Of a stretch of DNA of 64,000 nt, positions 17,815 to 27,235 are shown piece after piece. Below the pieces are notes generated by a model, which was not told where the DNA came from, did no database searches, and was given only the letters and a program-made list of their open reading frames with translations. This DNA comes from a virus. The stretch lies in IMG/VR virus record IMGVR_UViG_3300037010_002464; one strand, given 5' to 3'. Each line of letters starts with the position of its first letter. Position 1 is the stretch's first letter. A program made the position numbers and the translations under genes.

Positions 17815-20800
17815 GCTTCGTCTCCACGTATTATGACAAACGACAAGCAAAGGTGCTTGTCTGGGAAAAGCTAGCCAGCGGGCAGCGTGTTCGTAAGCTC
17901 TACGATCCTCCCTATTATTTTTACAGACGAGATGACGCAGGGCCGTTCATCTCGACTTCGGGCGTGCACCTCAAGAAGGTGAACTGCTCGTCATCGAGCG
18001 ACTTCGACGAAGCTATTGCCGATGCTCAGCTTCGACGCTTGACGCTGTTTGAGTCCGATGTCAATCCGCTCGAGCGGATCCTAATGGATATCTACTCGAC
18101 GAAGCCTGCACCTGAGCTGACTATCGGCCTCCTTGACATCGAAGTTGACTATAACCCAGACATTGGCTATGCGGGCCCTGCCAATCCCTACGCGCCGATC
18201 AACGCTTTCACCCTGTGCGTCAACGGCCGGATGTGCACGGTCGCCGTGCCGCCGAAGAGCTGGGGCCCAGATGACAAGCTGCCTGCTGAGCTGAGCGAGG
18301 TCATCCTGGTCACCAATGAGGTTGAGCTGCTCGAGCTGATGCTCGACTTCCTCCAACCTTGTGACGTGCTGTCGGGCTGGAACTCCGAGTTCTATGACCT
18401 CCCGTACATCGCCAAGCGGATCGAGCTTGTCATGGGCAAGCACGTGCTTGATAGGCTAGCGTTAGAAGGTGGCCCGAGTCCTCGGTGGACTGAGAAGGCA
18501 AGGTTTAAGCACTCGAAGGAGAAGGACCCTGTCATCGACCTGATTAGCCGGGTCCACCTCGACTACCTCCGTCTCTTCCAAAAGTTTGACCTGACCAAGC
18601 GTCAGTCCTACTCCCTGAGCAACGTGTCGCTTGAGGAGCTGAAGGAGGACAAGGTTGAGTTCGACGGCACGCTTGCTGAGCTGTACAACAATGACTTCGT
18701 TAAGTTCGTCACCTACAACATCCATGACGTGACTCTGCTGGTTAGGCTCGATGCGAAGTTCCGCTACATTGAGCTGGCTAACCAGATGGTGCACATGGCC
18801 TCAGTCAACTTTGACTCGGTCTTCGGCTCGGTGCAGCTGATCGACACGGCCATCATGAACTATGCGCACAACACGCTGCAGCGCATCGTCAATGACCGCA
18901 ACGTGCGCCCTGAAGGCGACCCGGTTGAAGGCGCTATCGTGGTCACGCCGAACGTCGGCTTCTACCGGTGGATCGGCGCTTGTGACATCAACTCCTTGTA
19001 CCCAAGCACCATTCGCTCGCTCAACCTGTCCCTCGAGAAGCTCGTAGGGCAGATCATCGGCCCGTCGGACCTCGACAATGGCTGGGTTGAGGTCAAGCTG
19101 CCCAGAGGCGTTAGCACTCACATCGTTTCGAAGAAGTACCGGGTTGACGTGGTCGTGCACCGCAACGCAACCACCACCCGTGCCGTCTGGACGTACTACA
19201 AGGACCTTGACGGCAACGGGGCGACAGATACCAATGTCCGCTACGGCAATCGAACCGAGAACATCACAACGCCGCAAGATGACGCGGTCTATGACGCCAA
19301 CGAGTACGGCTGGCGCGTGTGGTCCGCCGTGGCTCTCGACCCTGAAAGCCCATTCAAGGACTTCATGCTCGATGTTAAGTTCGATCATGACCCGCAAGTG
19401 CTCGCGCTGCCTGCCAATGTCGTCGTCGACTACTGCAAGGAGAACAAGTGCGCGGTCTCGGCTTACGGCACGATCCTCGATCAGGGTAACGGCCAAGGCC
19501 TGGTCCCTGAGGTGCTGACCTCCTGGTTCTTCGGTCGGAAGGAGATGCAGGCTGAGAAGAAGAAGTACGGCAAGCTAGCTGACAAGCTGCTCGCCGAAGG
19601 CAAGACGGAGAAGGACCCTGAGGTCATCGAGGCGAAGCGCCTAGCAGGCTACTACGACATGCTTCAAGGCGTGCGCAAGGTGCTGCTCAACTCCACCTAC
19701 GGCGCTATGCTGAATGAGTACTGCCGCTTCGGCGACCCACGCATCGGCGCCTCGGTCACCTACAGCGGTCGACAGATCACCAACACGATGATCAACACGG
19801 TGTCGAAGAGCCTGGCGCCTACAGGTCAAGCTCCGCTGATGCTGAAGACCTTTGACCCGCACTCGAAAAAGGACTCGAAGACAGGGACCGACGGCAAGCA
19901 TAACTTGCGCTGGGGGCAAAACGCATACTCGATCATCATCACGCCTGGTGCCGGCCCCATCTATGGCGACACCGACTCGGTCTACTTCACATACGAGAGC
20001 ATCGTCAAGGGCATCGATGACGTTGACGTGCTGGTTGAGGCAGCGAACGCTATCGCTGATGACATCAATGACGCCTTCCCGCCGTTCATGGTCTCAGGTT
20101 TCAACTGTCAGCCAGGCTTCGAGACTTTGATCAAGGCCAACCGTGAGCTCGTGTGCCGGACCGGCCTGATTCAGGCCAAGAAGAAGTACATGATGCTGGT
20201 CGTCGACAAGGAAGGCAAGCGCATCAACCCGGGCGACGAGGACGAGCTGAAGACCATGGGATCGGACATCCGCCTCTCGTCAACGCCGACCGTCATCCGT
20301 CACATGCTGACGGACGTGGTGATGAAGCTGCTCAATGAACGGTCCAAGAGCGAGATCGACAAGGTGGTCATCGACTTCCGGAACTCGCTTGGCACTACTA
20401 CGGTCACTGACCAGATCAACCCGCTTGATATCGCGATGGTCACCTCGGTCAACAACCTCGACGAAGCGTGGACGCTGTGGGACAGGCTCGAACGCAACGG
20501 CTTGAGTAAGGTCAAGATTGCGCCAAACGCCCGCAACGCTGTCAACCACAACTACATGCTGGAGCATTTTAAGGTGCTAGACGGGGTCCCTATTAAGTCA
20601 GGGGATAAGATCAAAACCCTGTGGCTCCTAGATAACGCTTTCGGCTTCAAGAGCATCTCCTTTACCTCAGAAACTGAGGACTTGCCCCTTTGGTTTACCC
20701 GCAATTTTCAGGTAGACCGAAAGCTAATGGAGCAAAAGCTCGTGGACAATAAGCTCGAACTCATCTTCACCCCGATGAACTGGGAGGTCCCTACCTACCA

Positions 20801-20834
20801 ATCTCAGCTCATCAACAACCTCCTGGACTTTTAA
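17811..20834 (+). CDS. Family B DNA polymerase (T4 gp43-like)
   Basis: Exo DIE, GWN---YD, YN-HD; Pol DINSLYPS, K-LLNS-YG, YGDTDS, KKKY. Confidence 0.97.
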   Translation: MSFVSTYYDKRQAKVLVWEKLASGQRVRKLYDPPYYFYRRDDAGPFISTSGVHLKKVNCSSSSDFDEAIADAQLRRLTLFESDVNPLERILMDIYSTKPAPELTIGLLDIEVDYNPDIGYAGPANPYAPINAFTLCVNGRMCTVAVPPKSWGPDDKLPAELSEVILVTNEVELLELMLDFLQPCDVLSGWNSEFYDLPYIAKRIELVMGKHVLDRLALEGGPSPRWTEKARFKHSKEKDPVIDLISRVHLDYLRLFQKFDLTKRQSYSLSNVSLEELKEDKVEFDGTLAELYNNDFVKFVTYNIHDVTLLVRLDAKFRYIELANQMVHMASVNFDSVFGSVQLIDTAIMNYAHNTLQRIVNDRNVRPEGDPVEGAIVVTPNVGFYRWIGACDINSLYPSTIRSLNLSLEKLVGQIIGPSDLDNGWVEVKLPRGVSTHIVSKKYRVDVVVHRNATTTRAVWTYYKDLDGNGATDTNVRYGNRTENITTPQDDAVYDANEYGWRVWSAVALDPESPFKDFMLDVKFDHDPQVLALPANVVVDYCKENKCAVSAYGTILDQGNGQGLVPEVLTSWFFGRKEMQAEKKKYGKLADKLLAEGKTEKDPEVIEAKRLAGYYDMLQGVRKVLLNSTYGAMLNEYCRFGDPRIGASVTYSGRQITNTMINTVSKSLAPTGQAPLMLKTFDPHSKKDSKTGTDGKHNLRWGQNAYSIIITPGAGPIYGDTDSVYFTYESIVKGIDDVDVLVEAANAIADDINDAFPPFMVSGFNCQPGFETLIKANRELVCRTGLIQAKKKYMMLVVDKEGKRINPGDEDELKTMGSDIRLSSTPTVIRHMLTDVVMKLLNERSKSEIDKVVIDFRNSLGTTTVTDQINPLDIAMVTSVNNLDEAWTLWDRLERNGLSKVKIAPNARNAVNHNYMLEHFKVLDGVPIKSGDKIKTLWLLDNAFGFKSISFTSETEDLPLWFTRNFQVDRKLMEQKLVDNKLELIFTPMNWEVPTYQSQLINNLLDF

Positions 20835-20837
20835 CAC

Positions 20838-21377
20838 ATGACATGCATAGTAGGACTTGAAGCAGACGGCAAGGTTTACCTGGCTGGTGACATCCAAGGC
20901 ACCGGTTGGAACAACAAGGTCGTGCACACGCAGCCCAAGGTTTTCGCCAAAGGCGAGCTGGTCTTTGGCTTCACAACCAGCTATCGGTTTGGTCAGCTGG
21001 TCGAGCATGCGCTAGGCAACCCGGTTATCCCGGCCAATGATGATGAGGTTTACCGTTGGTTGATCACCGTCATGGTGCCCCAGCTGCGGGCGGCCCTCAA
21101 GGACGGCGGCTATGAAAGGGGCGGCAACGCGCTAATCGGCCTGCGTGGCCAGCTGTGGGAGCTGCAGGATGACTGGAGCGTGCTTCGCAGCAAGCTGGGT
21201 TACAGCGCCGTCGGCTCAGGCTGTGAATATGCTCACGGCGCTATGCATACTTACAACAAGATCGGCGGCGTGTTCACCGCACAGACCGCTGAACGCGCTC
21301 TCAAGATCGCTGTCGAAGCAGCCGGCACGTTCTCGCCGTCGGTAGGCCTGGAAGCCACGGTGATTAGCACCCAGTAA
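20838..21377 (+). CDS. HslV/proteasome-beta-like Ntn protease
   Basis: MTCIVG (N-terminal Thr nucleophile), D, K-F, AVGSG. Confidence 0.8.
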   Translation: MTCIVGLEADGKVYLAGDIQGTGWNNKVVHTQPKVFAKGELVFGFTTSYRFGQLVEHALGNPVIPANDDEVYRWLITVMVPQLRAALKDGGYERGGNALIGLRGQLWELQDDWSVLRSKLGYSAVGSGCEYAHGAMHTYNKIGGVFTAQTAERALKIAVEAAGTFSPSVGLEATVISTQ

Positions 21378-21444
21378 ATATGCCTCCCTGATAGGCATAA
21401 GATACAATCAATCCGCTCGCACATCTTCGCGACATAATCCACAT

Positions 21445-22164
21445 ATGAAACTCTCAGCACAAACCATCGCGTCAGTTGATAACCTCCTCACCACGCTGAA
21501 CACCATCGGCATCGAAAAGGTAATCGTCGAGCCAGGCAAGATCCGCGCCATCGACGAGAAGCGCACCGTCGGCGTTGTCACCGACCAGCAAGTGCCCGAC
21601 CTCGAGGGCAAGACCTTGGCCGTCAGCCGCATCAAGGCCTTGAAGGATCGGCTCAACTTGGCCAAAGCCCAGGGCAACGTCGGCATCACGGCTACCGCGG
21701 GCTCCGGCACCGACATCAGCATGCTCGAGCTGGCCGCCGGCCGCTCCAAGACCCAGTTCCGCTGCTCGGCCTCTGACGCTGTCAAGATCCCCAAGGCGAT
21801 CAACGACACGCCGGCTTATGAGGTCCTCATCTCGGTCAAGCAGATTCCGCTGATCGCTCAAGCCGACTCGGCCATGGCGACCGACGGCATCACCATCGCC
21901 TCCAAGGACGGCTCCGTGGTCTCCATCGAGCTCGTGGATTCGACCAAGGACGTGTACACCTTCGAGGTCGAGAAGGCAGCATCGCCAGTCAACGGTCAAA
22001 AGGCCGGCAGCTTCGTCTTCAAGTACACCAGCAAGTCCCTGCTGTCCCTGCTGCGTGAAGCCGCCAAGACCGCAGGCGATGACGTTAAGCTGAAGATCGG
22101 CTCGGGCGGCATGCTGTTCGTCGACGTCGCTGGCTACAACTTCTTCACGCTGCCGCAAGCATGA
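21445..22164 (+). CDS. Probable sliding clamp (gp45/PCNA-like)
   Basis: 239 aa, two-domain beta-rich pattern, strong codon bias, near the DNA polymerase; no diagnostic motif. Confidence 0.4.
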   Translation: MKLSAQTIASVDNLLTTLNTIGIEKVIVEPGKIRAIDEKRTVGVVTDQQVPDLEGKTLAVSRIKALKDRLNLAKAQGNVGITATAGSGTDISMLELAAGRSKTQFRCSASDAVKIPKAINDTPAYEVLISVKQIPLIAQADSAMATDGITIASKDGSVVSIELVDSTKDVYTFEVEKAASPVNGQKAGSFVFKYTSKSLLSLLREAAKTAGDDVKLKIGSGGMLFVDVAGYNFFTLPQA

Positions 22165-22739
22165 GCTGGCTGAAGGCGTTCATCCACAAGTACATCCTGA
22201 CTAAGGCCCCTTGGTCGGTGACTACCGATGACGGCAAGACCCTGCAGGTGTTGGACTACAACGCCGCATTCGTGCAGGGTCTTCGCGAGGAGCTGAAGGA
22301 CCAGATCCACGGCGTCAAAACCGACGCCGACGTGGTCACCCTTTGGGTTGGTCGGTACAACCATGAGCGTGAGGCTCCTCGCCTCGACGTTGTGCATGGT
22401 GACATCACGGCTGACGGCCGGGTAAGCATCAAGCTCGAGTGGAATGACGCCTTCATCCGCATGCTGCAAAATGCAGGCATTGAAGGCGCCACCGAAGACG
22501 AGCTTGTGCGTGTCTACCTGGCGACCGTGACGGCCAATGCGGCTCGTGACGTTGACGATGACCTGGTCATGGACAACGCGCCGATCCCACCTGAAGCGCT
22601 CGCTCGCGCCGAAGGAGGCAAGGACACGAAGCCTTCCTCGAAGGACGTGACCGCTATCCTCGACAGCATGGACCCTGACGTGCTGAAGATGTTCGAGAAG
22701 GACATCCGCAGCCGTGCCGCCCGCAGGAAGCGTGGCTAA
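22161..22739 (+). CDS. Hypothetical protein
   Basis: ATGA-coupled ORF with an internally repeated (D/E)(Y/W)N-AF motif. Confidence 0.7.
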   Translation: MSWLKAFIHKYILTKAPWSVTTDDGKTLQVLDYNAAFVQGLREELKDQIHGVKTDADVVTLWVGRYNHEREAPRLDVVHGDITADGRVSIKLEWNDAFIRMLQNAGIEGATEDELVRVYLATVTANAARDVDDDLVMDNAPIPPEALARAEGGKDTKPSSKDVTAILDSMDPDVLKMFEKDIRSRAARRKRG

Positions 22740-22758
22740 CTCTTACTTAGGACTCATC

Positions 22759-23034
22759 ATGACCGTACGTGCAAAGTTCATCTGCTCAGCCGTGCTGCCT
22801 AACTTCGGCAGCTCGACCGTCTTCCACTTCAACGCTGTCTACAGCAATGACCCCAACAACGAGAACAAGGCGTTCTCCGACGCTACCCCGTCGGGCTACA
22901 TGCAGATCGCCATCGACAACAGCAAGCCTGCTGCAACGATGTTCAAGCAGGGGCAAGAGTACTACTTCGACATTACGCCGGTCGGCAAGCCTGTGCCTGA
23001 AACCATGGTCGGCGTCAGCGGCTCGAGGGGCTAA
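22759..23034 (+). CDS. Small hypothetical phage protein
   Basis: AGGA RBS; VRAKF...ENK-F--ATPSG...F-QGQEYY. Confidence 0.7.
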   Translation: MTVRAKFICSAVLPNFGSSTVFHFNAVYSNDPNNENKAFSDATPSGYMQIAIDNSKPAATMFKQGQEYYFDITPVGKPVPETMVGVSGSRG

Positions 23035-23036
23035 GC

Positions 23037-23264
23037 GTGGATAAGTTCATCGACATTGTCGGCTCGATCGTTTCGATCATCCTCATCGTGCTCGTGCAGA
23101 GCGCCTTCGCAGCGTTGCCGTTTTGGCTCGCGTGGAACGCGCTGGCGCCTGACTACTTCATGACCCTGCCGCCCGCTTGGCACCACCTGCCCTTCCTGGA
23201 CGCGTGGGTCATGGTCATCGGTGTTCGCACGCTGACTTACAACGGCTCATCGAGCAAGAGCTAA
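23037..23264 (+). CDS. Small membrane protein
   Basis: Hydrophobic 75-aa ORF. Confidence 0.55.
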   Translation: MDKFIDIVGSIVSIILIVLVQSAFAALPFWLAWNALAPDYFMTLPPAWHHLPFLDAWVMVIGVRTLTYNGSSSKS

Positions 23265-23334
23265 GCATGCAGATGGTCACGGATTCGTTTTCTTGACCAT
23301 CCTAACGCTTTGGCTGCTGCTGAAACGCTGATGT

Positions 23335-23917
23335 AATGTACTCCGTCGACGATGCATTCGGTTCCACGTTTAGGAACTTCAATTCTTGTTCGACGGCTGA
23401 TTGTCATTCGTTGCCTAGTTTCATCGGTGATGGGATCACGTTTCCTTCCGAGCTGAGTTACGCTAATAGCAAGCCGGGTTTGAAATGTATGCCGTCTACC
23501 AGAACTAGATGCACCAATGTTTTTCTTATGTTCCTCCGAGAAGGTTCGGCCTTTGAGAGCATTAGAAAGTCTTTGTCGTGTTATAGTTGAAAAACCCTGC
23601 CGCCGCGTTTAGGCATAAACCTTAAGCTGCCGTTGAATATGACATGACGATTGATGATCAGCTTGTCACGGCGGTGCTCTAGAATGAGCTGTTGTTCAAA
23701 ATCATATGCATCAGTTGCTGCCCAAAACTCAGCAATAATTACCCAAGTCAAAGTTTTCAAATCCTAGACCTCTAACATACTTTGATGACTTGTATAGTGG
23801 CAGGTCTTGATCGGCTGGCAAAATGTTAGCTTCTCGGTAACCAATATAGAATTGACCTGTCTGCTTATGTGTAAGCATGTAGACGTACGGTAGGGTTTTT
23901 ATGCATTCATTAGTCAT
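23335..23917 (-). pseudogene. Decayed GIY-YIG homing endonuclease
   Basis: PYVYMLTH--TGQFYIGYR, then frameshifted IIAEF...AYDFEQQLI and a NUMOD3-like ITDETRQRM; AT-rich. Confidence 0.75.
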
Positions 23918-24926
23918 TGACGTTTCAAACATCCTCTTCAGGGTCGCCGCGATGCAAAAACATCAAGGTGGTCCAGCTAATTATAGCGCCAGCATAGACG
24001 ACTTAGTTGGCTTGTCTATGCACATAGCTATTATGAGCATCTACAAGTGGTACAAGAAGTTCAAGCCGGACTTCTTGGTCTTCAGCTTTGAAGGTGGCGG
24101 CAACTGGCGGAAGAAGTACACGGCGGAGCATACGATGATCCGGCGGCAGTACAAGGCCAATCGGATTCCCGACCCCGAGATGGCCCACTTCTACAAGCTC
24201 ATCGACGCCTTCAAGGAGACGATGAAGGAGCACACCTCTATCTGCTGCATCAGCGTGCAGGATATGGAAGGTGATGACGTAATCGCCGCCTACTGTCAGA
24301 TCAACGCTTCGCCCGAGAACCGCATCACGATCGTGTCAGGAGACAAGGACTTCACACAGCTCACCAAGCTGCCGAATGTCAAGCTTGTCAACCCTGACAA
24401 CGGCAAAGAGCGCAACCAGCCAGGCGACAAGGACTACGAGCCCGACATCGACTACTGGCTCTTCCTTAAGTGCGTTCGCGGAGACAGCGGCGACAACGTG
24501 CCGTCAGCGTATCCACGCGTCTTTGAGAAGAAGATCCGTGAGGCTTACAGCGACGATTACACACGGCTGAACTTCATGAACGCTACGTGGAAGGACGAGA
24601 ACTTAACCGAGCACCGTGTCGGCGACCTCTACAAGCACAACGAGGTTCTCATGGACCTAACGAAGCAGCCCGATGACATCAGGCTGAAGCTGTTAAAAGG
24701 CGTCATCATGCAGTCAGATCCAGCGGCTCTCGCCTCTTACTCGCACTTTCACTTCTTGCGGTTCTTGGGCAAGTACAAGCTGAACAAGGTGGCCGAAGAG
24801 GCCAACAAATTCATCGACATGTTCATGAACAACCAACGCTACCTCAAGGGTGACAAGCCTAAGGCTCACACGGTTCTCGTCGAGAAGCCGGCTGAGCCTG
24901 AAGGTGACGGCCTTCTCGCATTCTAA
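23901..24926 (+). CDS. T4 RNase H-like 5'-3' exonuclease
   Basis: IDVSN, NWRK, YKANR, EGDD, SGDKDF-QL, GDSGDNVP. Confidence 0.92.
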   Translation: MHSLVIDVSNILFRVAAMQKHQGGPANYSASIDDLVGLSMHIAIMSIYKWYKKFKPDFLVFSFEGGGNWRKKYTAEHTMIRRQYKANRIPDPEMAHFYKLIDAFKETMKEHTSICCISVQDMEGDDVIAAYCQINASPENRITIVSGDKDFTQLTKLPNVKLVNPDNGKERNQPGDKDYEPDIDYWLFLKCVRGDSGDNVPSAYPRVFEKKIREAYSDDYTRLNFMNATWKDENLTEHRVGDLYKHNEVLMDLTKQPDDIRLKLLKGVIMQSDPAALASYSHFHFLRFLGKYKLNKVAEEANKFIDMFMNNQRYLKGDKPKAHTVLVEKPAEPEGDGLLAF

Positions 24927-24934
24927 AGGCAAGC

Positions 24935-25057
24935 ATGAGCATCCTTAGAAAAGCCTGGTCAGCTGTTCTCTTTCCTGTCTGGCTTGTGTTCTTCTTCCTC
25001 CTGCTCGCTGTTGCTCGGCGAGAGGGAGAGGCATGGACAGACGAGGATTTTGAGTGA
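24935..25057 (+). CDS. 40-aa single-TM peptide
   Basis: MSILRKAWSAVLFPVWLVFFFLLLAVARRE...; below the ORF-track cut-off. Confidence 0.4.
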   Translation: MSILRKAWSAVLFPVWLVFFFLLLAVARREGEAWTDEDFE

Positions 25058-25170
25058 AGAGGATATTTACCAAAACTCGAGTCGTAAACATCATCCTCAC
25101 GGTGTTTGCATAAATATTGGGCGGTAAATAAAATCGAGCATAGCTCGATCACATATCACACGGGAACACC

Positions 25171-25662
25171 ATGGCAACCGACAAGCAAGTTACGAAGACA
25201 GCCGAACCGGCTAAGGATCCGAACGCCAACAAGGGCGGGATCATCATGCATCCGACGCGCCTCAAGCACGTCTTCTACGTTGACGTGAACGACAGCGGTC
25301 AATTCCGCGAAGTCGCTGTCATCAAGGAGTGGCCGAACGGCTCGCTGTCGTACATCGACATCGGCCTGATCGACCAAGTTGACCGCGGCCGCCTGAAGAA
25401 GGTGCTGATGTCGGGCCACGCCGACAAGTACGAGCTGTGGGACCTGCTCAGCCAAGAGCGCCTGTCGAACGGTAAGAACGCCCTCGATTACTTCCACCAG
25501 ATGACCCGGACCAAGAAGGCTGCAGGTCACATCGACTCCCTGATGGGTCAAGGTGGCGGCTCGCTCTTCGACGCCGACCTCCGGCCTGAAGGCAACGTCG
25601 TTGTCGGCTCCGCATTCACGGACACGACATCCGGCGTCGTTGACTCGACCAGTCACCTGTAA
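25171..25662 (+). CDS. Hypothetical late protein
   Basis: Two TAAATA boxes upstream; strong codon bias. Confidence 0.75.
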   Translation: MATDKQVTKTAEPAKDPNANKGGIIMHPTRLKHVFYVDVNDSGQFREVAVIKEWPNGSLSYIDIGLIDQVDRGRLKKVLMSGHADKYELWDLLSQERLSNGKNALDYFHQMTRTKKAAGHIDSLMGQGGGSLFDADLRPEGNVVVGSAFTDTTSGVVDSTSHL

Positions 25663-25665
25663 ATA

Positions 25666-25960
25666 CAGGTCCGCAGCCTTCGGGCTGCAAACAAGCGCAA
25701 GCTTGGTGAGCCGCCTCCACAGCTCGAACTCGAGCGGAGGATTCAGGCACCTGACGGGTGTCCGGCTCACGGCTTGTGCACATAGCGATCCTAGGTACGC
25801 GCCGCGTCCGGATCGGCATAGCAGATCAGAGGGCGCCACCCCTCTGTCATTCTTCCCAAGTTGCGGCACGTGCTGCATGTAGCTTGGCTCATCAGCTAAT
25901 CTTCAAAGCTCTTCGCTTCACGGCGGAGTCATCTTTGGCGTCTTAGCAAACTGACCATGG
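25666..25960 (+). ncRNA. Candidate ~290-nt multi-domain structured RNA (ncRNA or long leader)
   Basis: Starts after TAAATA (25660); six consecutive stem domains with G-U pairs, a UUCG loop and a three-way junction; overlapping ORFs look spurious. Confidence 0.65.
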
Positions 25961-25970
25961 AGACATCATC

Positions 25971-26501
25971 ATGAAACAGCTTCTATGCTTCTTTGCTCTA
26001 ATCTTCGCCCTTACCGCTCACGCAGACAATGTCGAGTGCCCTGCAGCCACGCTTGTGGCTGATCAAACTCTCGCTGAGTACACAATGCAAGTCGCGACCG
26101 CTGACGGTCATAAGGAGCCAAAGTACGTCGTCGGCGTGCTAAAGGTTGAGAGCAAGCTTGGAGAGAGCAAGCACCGTGTTGTTAAGCAGGGTAGCAGCAC
26201 CTTCTATGGCGTTGGGCAAGTCTCAATCGGCGCCGCAAAAGCCGTCATGAAGCGCTTCTCCGACCTCTGGAACGACTTTGACACCCGCAGCGATGAAGAA
26301 CTGAAGGCCCGGCTGATCTTAGATGACCGGTTCAACGCTAGCGTCACAAGCAAGTACCTGCTAATGATGGGAGTCAACAAGAATGCGGCAAAGGGGATCG
26401 CCGCTTACAACCTAGGTGAAGGAGGCGTACAGCAGGTCAACGCTGCCACACATCCTTATACCCGCAAGGTCATGACAGCCGCTGCTGCATACAAGCTATG
26501 A
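25971..26501 (+). CDS. Secreted lytic transglycosylase (SLT-like)
   Basis: Signal peptide ...LTAHA; catalytic VES, YGVGQV, AAYNLG. Confidence 0.85.
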   Translation: MKQLLCFFALIFALTAHADNVECPAATLVADQTLAEYTMQVATADGHKEPKYVVGVLKVESKLGESKHRVVKQGSSTFYGVGQVSIGAAKAVMKRFSDLWNDFDTRSDEELKARLILDDRFNASVTSKYLLMMGVNKNAAKGIAAYNLGEGGVQQVNAATHPYTRKVMTAAAAYKL

Positions 26502-26835
26502 CCCATTCAAGCACCGAGTCCTGCTTGTAGATTGCGGCCAGCCACTGAACATCGCCGTTACCTGTGCGAATGCACAGCATTCGATCAGGCTGCGCTGACG
26601 GCCAAAGCATAACATAGGCTGAGGAGACGGCTGGCTTGCTAATTGCCAGCACAGCCGCATTCGCATCGAAGAACACAGGGTTGATACGATGGCGTGCTGC
26701 GTTAAGAGCGCCAGCTTCGATGCTGGAAAGCCTAGTAATTTTTACAGTCACGTCGTCAAGGCTATCAATGATGTTCTGCTGGAGCGTCAACAGGATGCGG
26801 CGCTGCTCGTTCTCAAACAATGCTTGTAGCTTCAT
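26470..26835 (-). CDS. MKL/LxLQQ-family small protein
   Basis: MKLQALFENEQRRILLTLQQNIID. Confidence 0.7.
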   Translation of the reverse strand: MKLQALFENEQRRILLTLQQNIIDSLDDVTVKITRLSSIEAGALNAARHRINPVFFDANAAVLAISKPAVSSAYVMLWPSAQPDRMLCIRTGNGDVQWLAAIYKQDSVLEWVIACMQQRLS

Positions 26836-27185
26836 TACCAGCTCTTAATCGGTGTTGATCCGTCGATGAGCCGCGCCAGAGCTTCGTCATAAGAAGCGAC
26901 CTCCACACGACTGTTTGAGACGCTATACAGCGATTTATCGCGTAAGGGTAAGTAACTTCTGAGGTGATGCCCAAGTTGAACTTGAACAATCGCGTCAAAG
27001 CCAAGCTCCCTTACTCGTCGTTGAGCGTCTTCATCATGGTCTGACCTAGCCCAGTGTTTGAATGCCTTGTCAACCGGCACGATCTTAACCTTGACGCTGT
27101 CAGGCGCGTCATCAATGAACCGCTGTTGAAGCTTTAGCAGCTGTTCTTTAGACGATGATTCAAGCAATGACTGTAGTAGCTCCAT
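26835..27185 (-). CDS. MKL/LKLQQ-family small protein
   Basis: MELLQSLLESSSKEQLLKLQQRFID; ATG 4 nt after TAAATA. Confidence 0.7.
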   Translation of the reverse strand: MELLQSLLESSSKEQLLKLQQRFIDDAPDSVKVKIVPVDKAFKHWARSDHDEDAQRRVRELGFDAIVQVQLGHHLRSYLPLRDKSLYSVSNSRVEVASYDEALARLIDGSTPIKSW

Positions 27186-27235
27186 CTCATATTTACAAAA
27201 TGCCTAAGTAGGCCGCCCAAGAATACAATACTCGG

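Noticed and set aside
18081-22158. Long antisense ORFs (e.g. 18801..19496, 21472..22158; likewise 30410..31231, 42873..43658)
   Set aside because: Shadow frames caused by high third-position GC of the real genes on the opposite strand.
25666-25960. Identification as tmRNA, RNase P RNA, group I intron or a known riboswitch
   Set aside because: Hallmark sequences (tRNA-like ends and tag ORF, GAGGAAAGUCC, P7 core) not seen; left unclassified.
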